Of a DNA stretch of 64,000 bases, positions 52,593 to 60,807 are shown one piece after another. The translations under genes and the position numbers were made by a program. Every line of letters starts with the position of its first letter. Positions within the stretch are counted from its first letter, which is position 1. Source of the DNA: an uncultured Candidatus Saccharibacteria bacterium (GTDB taxonomy: Bacteria; Patescibacteriota; Saccharimonadia; Saccharimonadales; EFPC-124); contig CBDDBE010000001.1 in the NCBI GenBank assembly GCA_965225085.1, forward strand, positions 129,641-193,640. Direction: 5' to 3'. A model generated the notes under the pieces. It saw only the letters and a list, made by a program, of their open reading frames with translations. It did not search any database and was not told where the DNA came from.

Positions 52593-53006
52593 GTGAACAG
52601 AAAAATAAGCGCCATCATTATTATCGCCGTCCTCGTCATAGCCGGTGGAGTCGTCTATATGCTGAATAATCGAGCGGCGGCCCCAAGTACCAATAACACC
52701 CCCAGCTCCAATACCAAAAGCGCAACCGGCACTGCATTCACCATCAACGCCACCGACGACAGCGCCGACATTACAACCCTCAATGTCAAAAAGGGCGACT
52801 CCATCAGCGTGACATTCAACGTCTCCCAGCAAGGCGTGTACCACGGCGGCCTCGAGTTCAAAAGCGACGCCATCAGCAGCGGCCCCATTCAGCCCGGCCA
52901 GTCCAAAACCATCACCTTCACCGCCGACAAGTCATTCGACTTTACCCCTTACTGGTACCAAAGCAACATCAAGAAGGACTACATCATCTCGGTCAAGGTC
53001 AATTAG
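52593..53006 (+). CDS. Membrane-anchored cupredoxin-fold-like protein (hypothetical)
   Basis: GTG 52593 downstream of tataat (52562-52567). N-terminal TM (ISAIIIIAVLVIAGGVVYML). ..FTINATD..LNVKKGDSISVTFN..GLEF.. beta-sandwich pattern with no obvious Cu ligand set. The track start overlaps the tRNA. Confidence 0.45.
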   Translation: MNRKISAIIIIAVLVIAGGVVYMLNNRAAAPSTNNTPSSNTKSATGTAFTINATDDSADITTLNVKKGDSISVTFNVSQQGVYHGGLEFKSDAISSGPIQPGQSKTITFTADKSFDFTPYWYQSNIKKDYIISVKVN

Positions 53007-53053
53007 CCGCTTGTTACAGAGGTAATCTTCTGATATACTTTTGATGTACTTTT

Positions 53054-53129
53054 CGGGGTGTGGCGCAGTTGATAGCGCGCTCGGTTTGGGACCGAGAGGT
53101 CGAAGGTTTGAGTCCTTTCACCCCGACCA
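53054..53129 (+). tRNA. tRNA-Pro (anticodon TGG)
   Basis: 76 nt: acceptor cggggtg/caccccg, anticodon stem ctcgg/ccgag, loop ttTGGga, T-arm gaagg-tttgagt-ccttt, CCA encoded. Confidence 0.9.
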
Positions 53130-53152
53130 TGAAATTATTTTGTAACATATGT

Positions 53153-53191
53153 AAAAAACCGCCCTGCCACTCCGAAGAGTGGCGAAGGCGG
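53153..53191 (-). terminator. Rho-independent terminator
   Basis: gccactc-cgaa-gagtggc core stem with extended imperfect pairing. On the minus strand it is followed by a 6-T run (plus-strand a53153-a53158). Confidence 0.65.
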
Positions 53192-53202
53192 TAGGGCGCG
53201 GG

Positions 53203-53449
53203 CTACATCCCGTAGTAGATGTTCCGCAGCTCGATGCCGTGGCTCCAGCCGGAATCGGCCAGGATCATGACGGCGGCCTCGAGCGTGGTGTTGTGCGCGG
53301 ACTGGGACTGGGCCTCGAGGGAAGTCTCCCGCCAGATGCCCGTGAGCGCTGCACCCGCGGCCAGTCGCGCCTGCATGAGAAGTGCCCAGGACTCGGTGAA
53401 GTCTCGGGCCTCGGCCGACAGGCTGCGCGAGCTCGGTGGCGTCCTGCAT
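53203..53449 (-). pseudogene. GC-rich small ORF with an apparent +1 frameshift (or a 57-aa product from an internal Met)
   Basis: ATG 53449 gives MQDATELAQ, then an Arg-rich nonsense-like frame. The frame ending at the TAG (53203-53205) reads ..LSAEARDFTESWALLMQARLAAGAALTGIWRETSLEAQ..GIELRNIYYGM* and looks protein-like. Skipping c53422 joins the two. Confidence 0.35.
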
Positions 53450-53574
53450 GTGCGTGTCCTTTCAGACCGTGGGCAATACAGTGCGAAAGGATCTAGCCTG
53501 ATCTAAGGACCCTTGAGTCATGCAGACTTTATGATATAGTAATATTGTCTTTCACCCTCACACAGAAGGTAGCC

Positions 53575-54048
53575 ATGCCTCTTTTCGGAAAAAAGACACC
53601 GCCAGTCCGTCCGTCATTCCCCGTTATCGTGCTGCGTCACGGAGACTACCATGACGAGACCCTAACCGAGACCGGACGACACCAAGCGACCCAAGCTGCC
53701 CGGCAGATCGGCGACCGGTTCAAAGCACGGTTCCTCGTCGTCACAACCGGCGATCCGCGCGGGGCGCGCGTCGACCCGATAACACGTGTCGAGCAGACCG
53801 CCAAAATGATCAAGGGTGAGCTTGGCGATCGAGCCAGCCTCGCTCGTTTCCCCATCAACCCTGACCGCCAGCTCCTGGAGCAGCTTCACGATCTGTGGAG
53901 TAGCAGTCCGGACTGCGTGGTCGTGCTCGTCACTCAGGCGCCCTACTACATGGGACTCCTCAGACTCGAACACGCTCCACATGCCGAGCCGTTCTACGGC
54001 GTCGTGAAGGTAGGCCGCGAGGGCCTCTTCATCGACACAGACGGCTAG
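53575..54048 (+). CDS. Histidine-phosphatase-superfamily (SixA/PGAM-like) protein, GC-rich
   Basis: ATG 53575 after agaaggt. ..FPVIVLRHGDY..LTETGRHQATQAARQI.. matches the RHG catalytic motif region. Confidence 0.55.
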   Translation: MPLFGKKTPPVRPSFPVIVLRHGDYHDETLTETGRHQATQAARQIGDRFKARFLVVTTGDPRGARVDPITRVEQTAKMIKGELGDRASLARFPINPDRQLLEQLHDLWSSSPDCVVVLVTQAPYYMGLLRLEHAPHAEPFYGVVKVGREGLFIDTDG

Positions 54049-54052
54049 GACC

Positions 54053-54086
54053 ATGCCCGCCTCGCTATGCGCGAGGCGGGCATTTT
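54053..54086 (+). terminator. Rho-independent terminator
   Basis: Perfect 13-bp stem atgcccgcctcgc / gcgaggcgggcat with a 5-nt loop, then ttt. Confidence 0.75.
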
Positions 54087-54169
54087 ACATATCAAGACAA
54101 CCACACTGCCCATCCACCGCTTTGCTTGCGGCTCTTTGGTATAATAAATTGCAGTAGGCCAAACAAAAT

Positions 54170-54499
54170 ATGCCAAAAACACATCGCCGGCAGGTACGCA
54201 AGCACAAAGTACTAATTGTAGATAATAAACAACGACCAAAAATCGTTGATCGCTTAACGTTTATCGTAGCTATCGTCGAACCGCTTATCGCGCTACCTCA
54301 GGCGATCACGATTTTCCAACGGCACAACGCAACGGGAATTTCACTCTCGACCTGGCTGGGCTTTTGCCTGCTGGATGCCGTGTGGGTGTGGTACAGCATC
54401 GAGCACCGTGAACGATTGATTTTCATCGAATCGACATTATTCCTGATTGTCCAAAGCGCCATCGTAGCTGGTGGCGCCATGTACGGCGCGCAGTGGTAG
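54170..54499 (+). CDS. SemiSWEET / PQ-loop family transporter
   Basis: 109 aa. Three TM helices with ..EPLIALPQAITIF.. PQ motif. Basic N-terminal extension. Confidence 0.6.
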   Translation: MPKTHRRQVRKHKVLIVDNKQRPKIVDRLTFIVAIVEPLIALPQAITIFQRHNATGISLSTWLGFCLLDAVWVWYSIEHRERLIFIESTLFLIVQSAIVAGGAMYGAQW

Positions 54500-54925
54500 C
54501 TAGACTATTAGCTTTTGCGCGGCATCGTGGAGTGCCATACGTTCGCCATTTGTCAGACTATTACAGCCCAACCGATCGGGCATAAGTTTGTTAATCGTGC
54601 CAATCATCTCCTTACCCTTAGGGGTCAGCGTAATTGTTTTTGTACGACGATCTGCCTTGCTCTCTTGCCTAAGGACCAACTCATGTAAAACGAGCCGATC
54701 AACCACCCCTGTAACATTGGATGGGTCACAATGCAGCACAGTGGCAGCCTTGCCCATCGGAAGGTCACCGTGTTGGTCTAGCATGAACAACGCGCCCAGC
54801 TGAACGGGGGTAAGCTGATAGCTATCAGCTAACTTCGCTAGCTCCTGCTTGAAACGTGTCAGCAGGGATATAATGTCTTGGCAAACTTGCTCTGTCGTAA
54901 TTTCCATATGATGGTATTGTAACAC
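54500..54925 (-). CDS. MarR-family transcriptional regulator
   Basis: 141 aa. Winged-helix region ..LTPVQLGALFMLDQHGDLPMGKAATVLHCDPSNVTGVVDRL..RRTKTITLTPKG.. . Divergent from the MFS gene. Confidence 0.85.
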   Translation of the reverse strand: MLQYHHMEITTEQVCQDIISLLTRFKQELAKLADSYQLTPVQLGALFMLDQHGDLPMGKAATVLHCDPSNVTGVVDRLVLHELVLRQESKADRRTKTITLTPKGKEMIGTINKLMPDRLGCNSLTNGERMALHDAAQKLIV

Positions 54926-55005
54926 AAAAAATAAATACTTGAATACTTCAAATATTTATGTATACTACTTATTTGGACATCAAATATTACTCATAAGGAG
55001 AAAAG

Positions 55006-56478
55006 ATGATTGAAAAGGTAAAACATAAAGGCTTAGCGCTAGCATTGCTGGCGACTGCGCAGTTTATGGTCATCCTGGACGCAACCATCGTCAATGTCGC
55101 TTTGCCGACAATTCAAAAGGCGCTGGGATTTGCGACTGCATCTGATTTGCAGTGGATTGTGACCGCATATGCGCTTGTCTTCGGCGGCTTCCTGCTCCTG
55201 GGCGGACGATTAGCTGACCTCGTTGGTCGGCGTCGTATGCTCATGATTGGCACGGCGTTGTTTGCCGGGGCTTCATTGCTTGGCGGACTCGCACAGACAC
55301 CGCTCATGCTGATTGCTTTCCGAGCACTGCAAGGGCTAGGCGGCGCATTGCTATCACCTGCGGCACTGTCGCTGGTGCTGACTATCTTCAAGGAAGGCCC
55401 TGAGCGCAACAAAGCTCTTGGCGTCTGGAGTATGGTTGCAGCCGGTGGTGGTGCGGTCGGGCTCGTGCTTGGCGGGCTGCTAACGCAGTACGTTAACTGG
55501 AACTGGACGTTCTTTATCAACGTTCCTATCGGCATTGCAGTGCTGTTCCTCGCACCACGCTTTGTACCAGCCAGCATTCCTACTGGCAAGCAAAAGCTAG
55601 ATGTGCTGGGCGCGCTCACTATTACTGGTAGCCTGATGGCCGCGGTATACGCGCTGGCCAAAGTTCCAGTCTACGGTTGGGGCGGTAGCCAAACATGGCT
55701 TATGTTCGGCGCAGCGGCAGTTCTGATGGCAGCGTTCATCGTGAACGAGCTACGCGTTAAGCATCCGCTGATTGATCTTGGGATCTTCAAACGACGTAAC
55801 GTTACAGGCGGCACGATGCTACAGGTACTGATGCCTGCTGCGATGTTCAGCATGTTCTTCTACCTGTCTATCTACCTGCAAGGTCTGCTGCATTACACGC
55901 CGACCGAGACAGGCATCGCGAACGTTCCGTTTACGATTGTGGTGATCATTGTTGCTGGGTTCCTTTCGAGCCAAGCAGCCAAGATCAACACCAAGCCACT
56001 GCTGGTTGTAGCACCACTACTGGTAGCTGGCGGGCTGCTCTACCTGGCGCGCTTGCCACTGCAGAGTAACTACTGGATTGACCTGCTACCGGGCATCGCC
56101 CTCATGGCAGCCGGTATGGCCGTCACATTCGTGCTGGTCACCGTTACGGCTACGAGCGGTATCTCGCACAAGGAATCAGGGCTTGTCTCTGGCCTGCTGA
56201 ATACCGCACAGCAAATTGGTGGCGCACTTGGCCTGGCCGTCCTGAGTGTTATCTCGACACAAACGACCAAGGACCAAATGGTTGCCGCCCACGGCAATCC
56301 AGCCATGCTGCCTAGCGCACTCGTGCATGGATTCCAGGATGGCTTCCGCGCTGCAGTAGTCTTTGCACTGCTGGCAAGCGTAGTCGCACTGGTTGTACTG
56401 AAGTCACGCAAACCAGGCAAGATTCCTGGCGAAATCGAAAACGAAGCAGAAGCTCTGGCCGCCATTCCCGGCGCCTAG
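55006..56478 (+). CDS. MFS transporter, DHA2 (EmrB/QacA-like, 14-TM) family
   Basis: 490 aa. ..LDATIVNVALPTI.., ..GRLADLVGRRRM.. motifs and ~14 TM helices. Confidence 0.85.
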   Translation: MIEKVKHKGLALALLATAQFMVILDATIVNVALPTIQKALGFATASDLQWIVTAYALVFGGFLLLGGRLADLVGRRRMLMIGTALFAGASLLGGLAQTPLMLIAFRALQGLGGALLSPAALSLVLTIFKEGPERNKALGVWSMVAAGGGAVGLVLGGLLTQYVNWNWTFFINVPIGIAVLFLAPRFVPASIPTGKQKLDVLGALTITGSLMAAVYALAKVPVYGWGGSQTWLMFGAAAVLMAAFIVNELRVKHPLIDLGIFKRRNVTGGTMLQVLMPAAMFSMFFYLSIYLQGLLHYTPTETGIANVPFTIVVIIVAGFLSSQAAKINTKPLLVVAPLLVAGGLLYLARLPLQSNYWIDLLPGIALMAAGMAVTFVLVTVTATSGISHKESGLVSGLLNTAQQIGGALGLAVLSVISTQTTKDQMVAAHGNPAMLPSALVHGFQDGFRAAVVFALLASVVALVVLKSRKPGKIPGEIENEAEALAAIPGA

Positions 56479-56483
56479 GGAAG

Positions 56484-57302
56484 CTACAACTTTTCGACTA
56501 TCCGATGGACAGGCTCAATCGACCGAGCCTGTCCATTTTTGGTATCAATAGTAATAAGCACCGCGTTGAACTGGAACGGTGAATTTTCTGCAATGTCGTT
56601 CTTGTTTGCAGCGCCATCCCGCCAGCGGTCGACAATAACCTGCGTGCTAACCCCCAATGATGAGTGAAGTGTGCCCACCATGCCGACATCAGTTATGTGG
56701 GCCGTGCCGCCGGGCAGTACCATGGCGTCTGCGGTTGGCACGTGCCAATGGTCGCCAATCACCGCACTAACCCTACCATCAAGATAATACCCAATCACAC
56801 GCTTCTCGCTCGACCAGTCACCATGAAAGTTCACGATCCGCGCCGCGTAGGGCCCTGGTGTCTCGGCCAGGACAGCATCGACAGCCAGGAGCGGATTACC
56901 AATCGGCTCGGTCAATCGCGGAAAGGTCGTACCCAGCACGCTCACGATTTGGACTGGGCCGTGCTCTGTCTGGAGCACTTTAGCACCCCAGCCGGGTTTG
57001 ACGCCAGGCTGATTAATCGGCGCGATAACTGGCTGGGCAGGATCGTCCAACAGCGACGCAAGTGCCGGCCGTTCGATAGTATGATTACCACCAGTAAAGA
57101 AATGAATGCCCATTTCCTGCAGCTCGCGCATATGCGCCGGGCTTAAACCCTTGCCATGGGTCACATTTTCGGCCTGGGCGATGACGACATCAGGTTTCAG
57201 CTCGTCCCGGATGTCAGGCAAAATCCGCGCCACAGTATCGCGCCCGGGCTTGCCCATAATGTCACCAATATATAAAACTCGAATATGCTTCTTCGTCATC
57301 AC
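56484..57302 (-). CDS. ymdB: YmdB-type metallophosphoesterase (2',3'-cyclic-nucleotide phosphodiesterase family)
   Basis: 272 aa. ..IRVLYIGDIMGKPGR.., ..AENVTHGKG.., ..GNH.. calcineurin-like motifs. Located near rny, as in Firmicutes. Confidence 0.8.
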   Translation of the reverse strand: MMTKKHIRVLYIGDIMGKPGRDTVARILPDIRDELKPDVVIAQAENVTHGKGLSPAHMRELQEMGIHFFTGGNHTIERPALASLLDDPAQPVIAPINQPGVKPGWGAKVLQTEHGPVQIVSVLGTTFPRLTEPIGNPLLAVDAVLAETPGPYAARIVNFHGDWSSEKRVIGYYLDGRVSAVIGDHWHVPTADAMVLPGGTAHITDVGMVGTLHSSLGVSTQVIVDRWRDGAANKNDIAENSPFQFNAVLITIDTKNGQARSIEPVHRIVEKL

Positions 57303-57679
57303 GATACACTTTTGAAATTCCCATCATTTGCTTCTTGCTGGCGCAACATATCGAAATAACGATAGCACACCTCGACAAACTGCTCCATCGAGCTCATGCG
57401 ACGATTGAGCTCATTGACACTCTGTTGGATACTGTAGTGAATGGGCGCCGGCTGTTGCGAACTGTTGCTACGAAGCGATGCTGCAATACCATTTATCTGC
57501 TGCTGCAACGTTCCCAGTCGCGATGCGATGTCGCCCAGCTGATACTGATTGTTCGCGCTTTGAGCCATGCTGCGCTTGAGGTCATTATGAGAATTCTGGA
57601 GCCCATAGACGACATTCTGTAGATCCCGCATAGCATCCTGTGCGGCTCGGCGAACGTCGTCGTAACTGAGCTCTGCCAT
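57299..57679 (-). CDS. Coiled-coil protein (hypothetical)
   Basis: ATG 57679 (MAELSYDDVRRAAQD..), 126 aa, heptad-like Q/L/N-rich sequence. Its stop overlaps the ymdB start by 4 nt. Confidence 0.5.
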   Translation of the reverse strand: MAELSYDDVRRAAQDAMRDLQNVVYGLQNSHNDLKRSMAQSANNQYQLGDIASRLGTLQQQINGIAASLRSNSSQQPAPIHYSIQQSVNELNRRMSSMEQFVEVCYRYFDMLRQQEANDGNFKSVS

Positions 57680-57764
57680 GCGCTCAGTATGACAACAAAC
57701 CACCTATTCTGCAAGTCTTTGACGTATGTTATGCTGTTTTTACGTCAATAGCCAGGAGCACAAG

Positions 57765-58046
57765 ATGCCTCGGCCTGGTCGGTACCATGGTCATACATTG
57801 TTCAATAAAGCCTGCGATAGCCTTAAGAGACTAGCAGACCGGGTCTACAAGGATGATTTCAGCAGGCTAAAGGCTTGTCGCGCAATGGTGGATGAGTTCT
57901 CGATTCTCGTTGACAAGGAGGCTTACGACGAAGCCAACTACAACCCTTTCCAAGCCCTGATCCGCGAACTTACGCGCCTGTATCCCGAGGTGTGGGAGGG
58001 CGACGAATACAATAGTGGTCGCAAGATCATGAATCCGTGGATGTGA
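57765..58046 (+). CDS. Small hypothetical protein
   Basis: ATG 57765 after aggag. 93 aa. The upstream 8-bp inverted repeat ttgacgta...tacgtcaa (57719-57750) overlaps the promoter region. Confidence 0.45.
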   Translation: MPRPGRYHGHTLFNKACDSLKRLADRVYKDDFSRLKACRAMVDEFSILVDKEAYDEANYNPFQALIRELTRLYPEVWEGDEYNSGRKIMNPWM

Positions 58047-58109
58047 GAAGGAAATGCTGGGCGGCCGAGGACTACCCTTGGCCGCTCGCAATACTACATT
58101 CTACAGAAC

Positions 58110-59627
58110 TTATTTAGCGTACTCGATGGCACGGGTTTCACGAATGACATTAACCTTGATGGTGCCCGGGTACTGCATGGTACTTTCGATTTTGATGGCG
58201 ATATCGCGCGCTAACTTGATGGCACTGAGGTCATCGATATGCTGCGGACGGACCACGACGCGTATCTCGCGCCCGGCGCTAATAGCATATGCCTTGTCGA
58301 CGCCATCGAAGCTAGTAGCGACATTCTCGAGCTCGCGCATACGCTCGACAAAATTCTCGGCACTGATATTGCGCGCACCAGGACGCGCAGCGCTGAGTGC
58401 ATCAACAACGCGGACGATTAACGCTTCGGGCGTCGTGGCTTCCATATCGTCGTGATGAGCCTCGGCAGCATGGGCGACTGGCTCCGGTACGCCATATTTG
58501 CGTGCCATTTCACCGCTAATGTGGTGATGCTTGCCCTCAATCTTGTGCGTGAGAGCTTTGCCCATGTCGTGAATCAACGCAGCGTATTTGGCAGTTCGCA
58601 CATCGGCGCCGATTTCTTCGGCGATGAGCCCGGCAATGTGCGCCATCTCGGTCGAATGCTTCAACACATTCTGGCCGTAGCTGGTGCGGAACTTCAGCTC
58701 ACCGAGCAAGCGTAGGATCTCTTTCGGAATGCCGACCACACCAACTTCGCGCGCCGCATCCTCGCCCGCTTGGTCGATTTCTTTGTCTATTTGCTTGTGC
58801 GCCTTGGCGACAACTTCTTCGATGCGAGCTGGATGAATACGCCCGTCCTTCATAAGCATTTCTAGAGCGACCCGTGCCACTTGCCTGCGAACTGGATCAA
58901 AACTACTAAGAATGACCATGCCTGGTGTATCGTCGACCAATACATCTACGCCAGTTTCGCGCTGGAGCGCCTGAATGTTGCGGCCTTCTTTGCCAATGAT
59001 ACGGCCCTTCATCTCTTCGTCGTCGAGCTTCACGGCCGTGACGGTCTTTTCGGCGGTTACCTCGCTCGACATTCGCTCCATAGCGCTTACCAGGACAACC
59101 TGCGCACGCTCCTCGGCGTCACGCTCGGCATCGGATTGCAACTTCGAGACCAGACCAACTAGGTCGCTTTTGATGTCGCGTTCGGTCATGTGCATCAGCT
59201 TATCAGCGGCATCTTTCTTGCTGAGGCCGGCGATCTTTTCCAGCTTTTCCTGCTGTTTGGTGCGAATGTCTCGAATCTCTTGCTTCAGGCTGTCAACTTC
59301 GGTTTCGGCTTTGCGAAGCTTCTCGCCGCGCTTATCGAGCTCATCGAGCTTCCGATCAAGCGATGACTCGCGGTCAGCCACACGCTGCTCGGCGACTTTT
59401 AGCTCTTTGCGACGAGCTTGTTCGACTTTGGTGGCCTCCTCGGCAGCGGTCAACGCCTTGTTTTTGGCCTCAAGTAAAATGTCCTGTGCCTCACTCTTGG
59501 CTTTACTGACGATACCTTCGGCCTTCTGCGCGCCGCTCGCGCCCTGCCGCTTGGCAAATAACGTTGTACCGCCCACGCCAGCAACACCACCAGCAAGTAT
59601 GGCGGCAATAACAGCAGCTATTTCCAT
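58110..59627 (-). CDS. rny: Ribonuclease Y
   Basis: 505 aa. N-terminal TM, long coiled coil, KH (..GRIIGKEGRNIQ..) and HD (..LIHDMGK..) domains. Confidence 0.95.
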   Translation of the reverse strand: MEIAAVIAAILAGGVAGVGGTTLFAKRQGASGAQKAEGIVSKAKSEAQDILLEAKNKALTAAEEATKVEQARRKELKVAEQRVADRESSLDRKLDELDKRGEKLRKAETEVDSLKQEIRDIRTKQQEKLEKIAGLSKKDAADKLMHMTERDIKSDLVGLVSKLQSDAERDAEERAQVVLVSAMERMSSEVTAEKTVTAVKLDDEEMKGRIIGKEGRNIQALQRETGVDVLVDDTPGMVILSSFDPVRRQVARVALEMLMKDGRIHPARIEEVVAKAHKQIDKEIDQAGEDAAREVGVVGIPKEILRLLGELKFRTSYGQNVLKHSTEMAHIAGLIAEEIGADVRTAKYAALIHDMGKALTHKIEGKHHHISGEMARKYGVPEPVAHAAEAHHDDMEATTPEALIVRVVDALSAARPGARNISAENFVERMRELENVATSFDGVDKAYAISAGREIRVVVRPQHIDDLSAIKLARDIAIKIESTMQYPGTIKVNVIRETRAIEYAK

Positions 59628-59827
59628 AGCATTCCTTTCTGTTCACGACAATCGCCGTTCGATGACGCGGCGTCGCACCAGGCAACTATCAAACCCGAAT
59701 CATCGAAGGGTGTCACAAAATTTTTACGATGTATATTAAATGAAAAGCAGTCAGTCGGTTGTCTTTATGATAATGAAGAGAACCAATTTCATTGTACGCG
59801 CGACAACGAATGTTCGTCAAACAAGAA

Positions 59828-60229
59828 TTATTTCTTTTGCTGGGTAATGTGCGCTTCGGCACCGTATTCGGGCAGGACTAGCTGATCGTTCTGGTCAGCG
59901 TTGAGCCGTTCAAGTCCACGCTCCAGCCATTGCTGTTCGTCGGTTACGCCAATGATTGGCACGTCCAGCCCGTACGCCAGTGTGTTTGCGACGGTTATGC
60001 CAATGCGCAGACCGGTGAACGAACCAGGCCCTTTAAAGACTACTACCCCACCGATATCCTTGAAAGTCGCCTGTTGTTTCGCTAGCTCATCACGAATAAC
60101 GCCCAGTAAAGTCGAGCTGAGCTCGCGATGTGCCAACCATGTATAATAACTGAGCTGTTGGCCATCAGAGGCATAGACCCCAACCTCTGCCTCGGGCTTA
60201 TCGGTGCGGATCGTTAAGACGTAGCTCAT
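59828..60229 (-). CDS. tsaB: tRNA t6A37 threonylcarbamoyl-transfer complex protein TsaB (short form)
   Basis: 133 aa. ..VVVFKGPGSFTGLRIGITVANTLAY.. . Only the N-terminal ASKHA half is present. Confidence 0.75.
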   Translation of the reverse strand: MSYVLTIRTDKPEAEVGVYASDGQQLSYYTWLAHRELSSTLLGVIRDELAKQQATFKDIGGVVVFKGPGSFTGLRIGITVANTLAYGLDVPIIGVTDEQQWLERGLERLNADQNDQLVLPEYGAEAHITQQKK

Positions 60230-60714
60230 ATTCCTCGCAAACTCCGCCTATAGGTCGTGAGTGCTTCGTCGATATAGCTCGCGCTATCAGGGGTCGAGAT
60301 GACGATATCCCTAGCAGTCTCGCTTACACTTTTCAGCCGCACGCTGATGCGGTGCTCAGGCAACACGTCGTGGACGATATCGCCCCATTCGATCGCCACG
60401 ATGACATTGGGCTGCTGCAATGACTCAGCCAGCTCGTCGGCTACCACACCGGCTTCGCTCAGGCGATAGAAATCGAAATGATGTAGCTCCAGGTCGTTGC
60501 GTGCATTATAGATGCGGCTGATAGTAAACGTTGGGCTCTGCACTGTCTCGTCAATTCCAAGGCCCTTTGCCAACCCCTTAACAAACGCCGTTTTGCCGCC
60601 TCCGACATCACTGATCAGCTCGATAACCTCGCGACCACGCAGCACTAGCCCAACAGCGCTAGCCAAGGCTTGCGTGTCTTCCAAGCTATTACTACGGAAC
60701 ATAAAATCAGACAT
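60226..60714 (-). CDS. tsaE: tRNA t6A37 ATPase TsaE
   Basis: ATG 60714 (MSDFMFRSNS..). ..SDVGGGKTAFVKG.., ..VQSPTFTI.., ..HHFDFYRL.., ..IEWGD.. . Overlaps the tsaB start by 4 nt. Confidence 0.85.
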   Translation of the reverse strand: MSDFMFRSNSLEDTQALASAVGLVLRGREVIELISDVGGGKTAFVKGLAKGLGIDETVQSPTFTISRIYNARNDLELHHFDFYRLSEAGVVADELAESLQQPNVIVAIEWGDIVHDVLPEHRISVRLKSVSETARDIVISTPDSASYIDEALTTYRRSLRGI

Positions 60715-60807
60715 AGGAATTATTATGACGTACCAGGGGCGGCTTGCCAAGAATCTTCTCCAAAGCATTAGCATTGTTGCCGTAAATTCTTTATAGTAGA
60801 AGTAACT

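Noticed and set aside
53135-53506. ORF-track frames 53135..53449 (-), 53179..53496 (+) and 53219..53506 (+)
   Set aside because: All three translate to Arg/Gly/Pro/His-rich sequences typical of wrong frames in GC-rich DNA. Only the minus-strand frame ending at 53203 gives protein-like sequence, so the region is reported as a frameshifted ORF.
58975-59739. 254-aa plus-strand ORF antisense to rny
   Set aside because: Its sequence is Ser/Arg/Leu-rich and low-complexity, as is typical of an antisense frame. The opposite strand encodes a full-length RNase Y with TM, KH and HD motifs.
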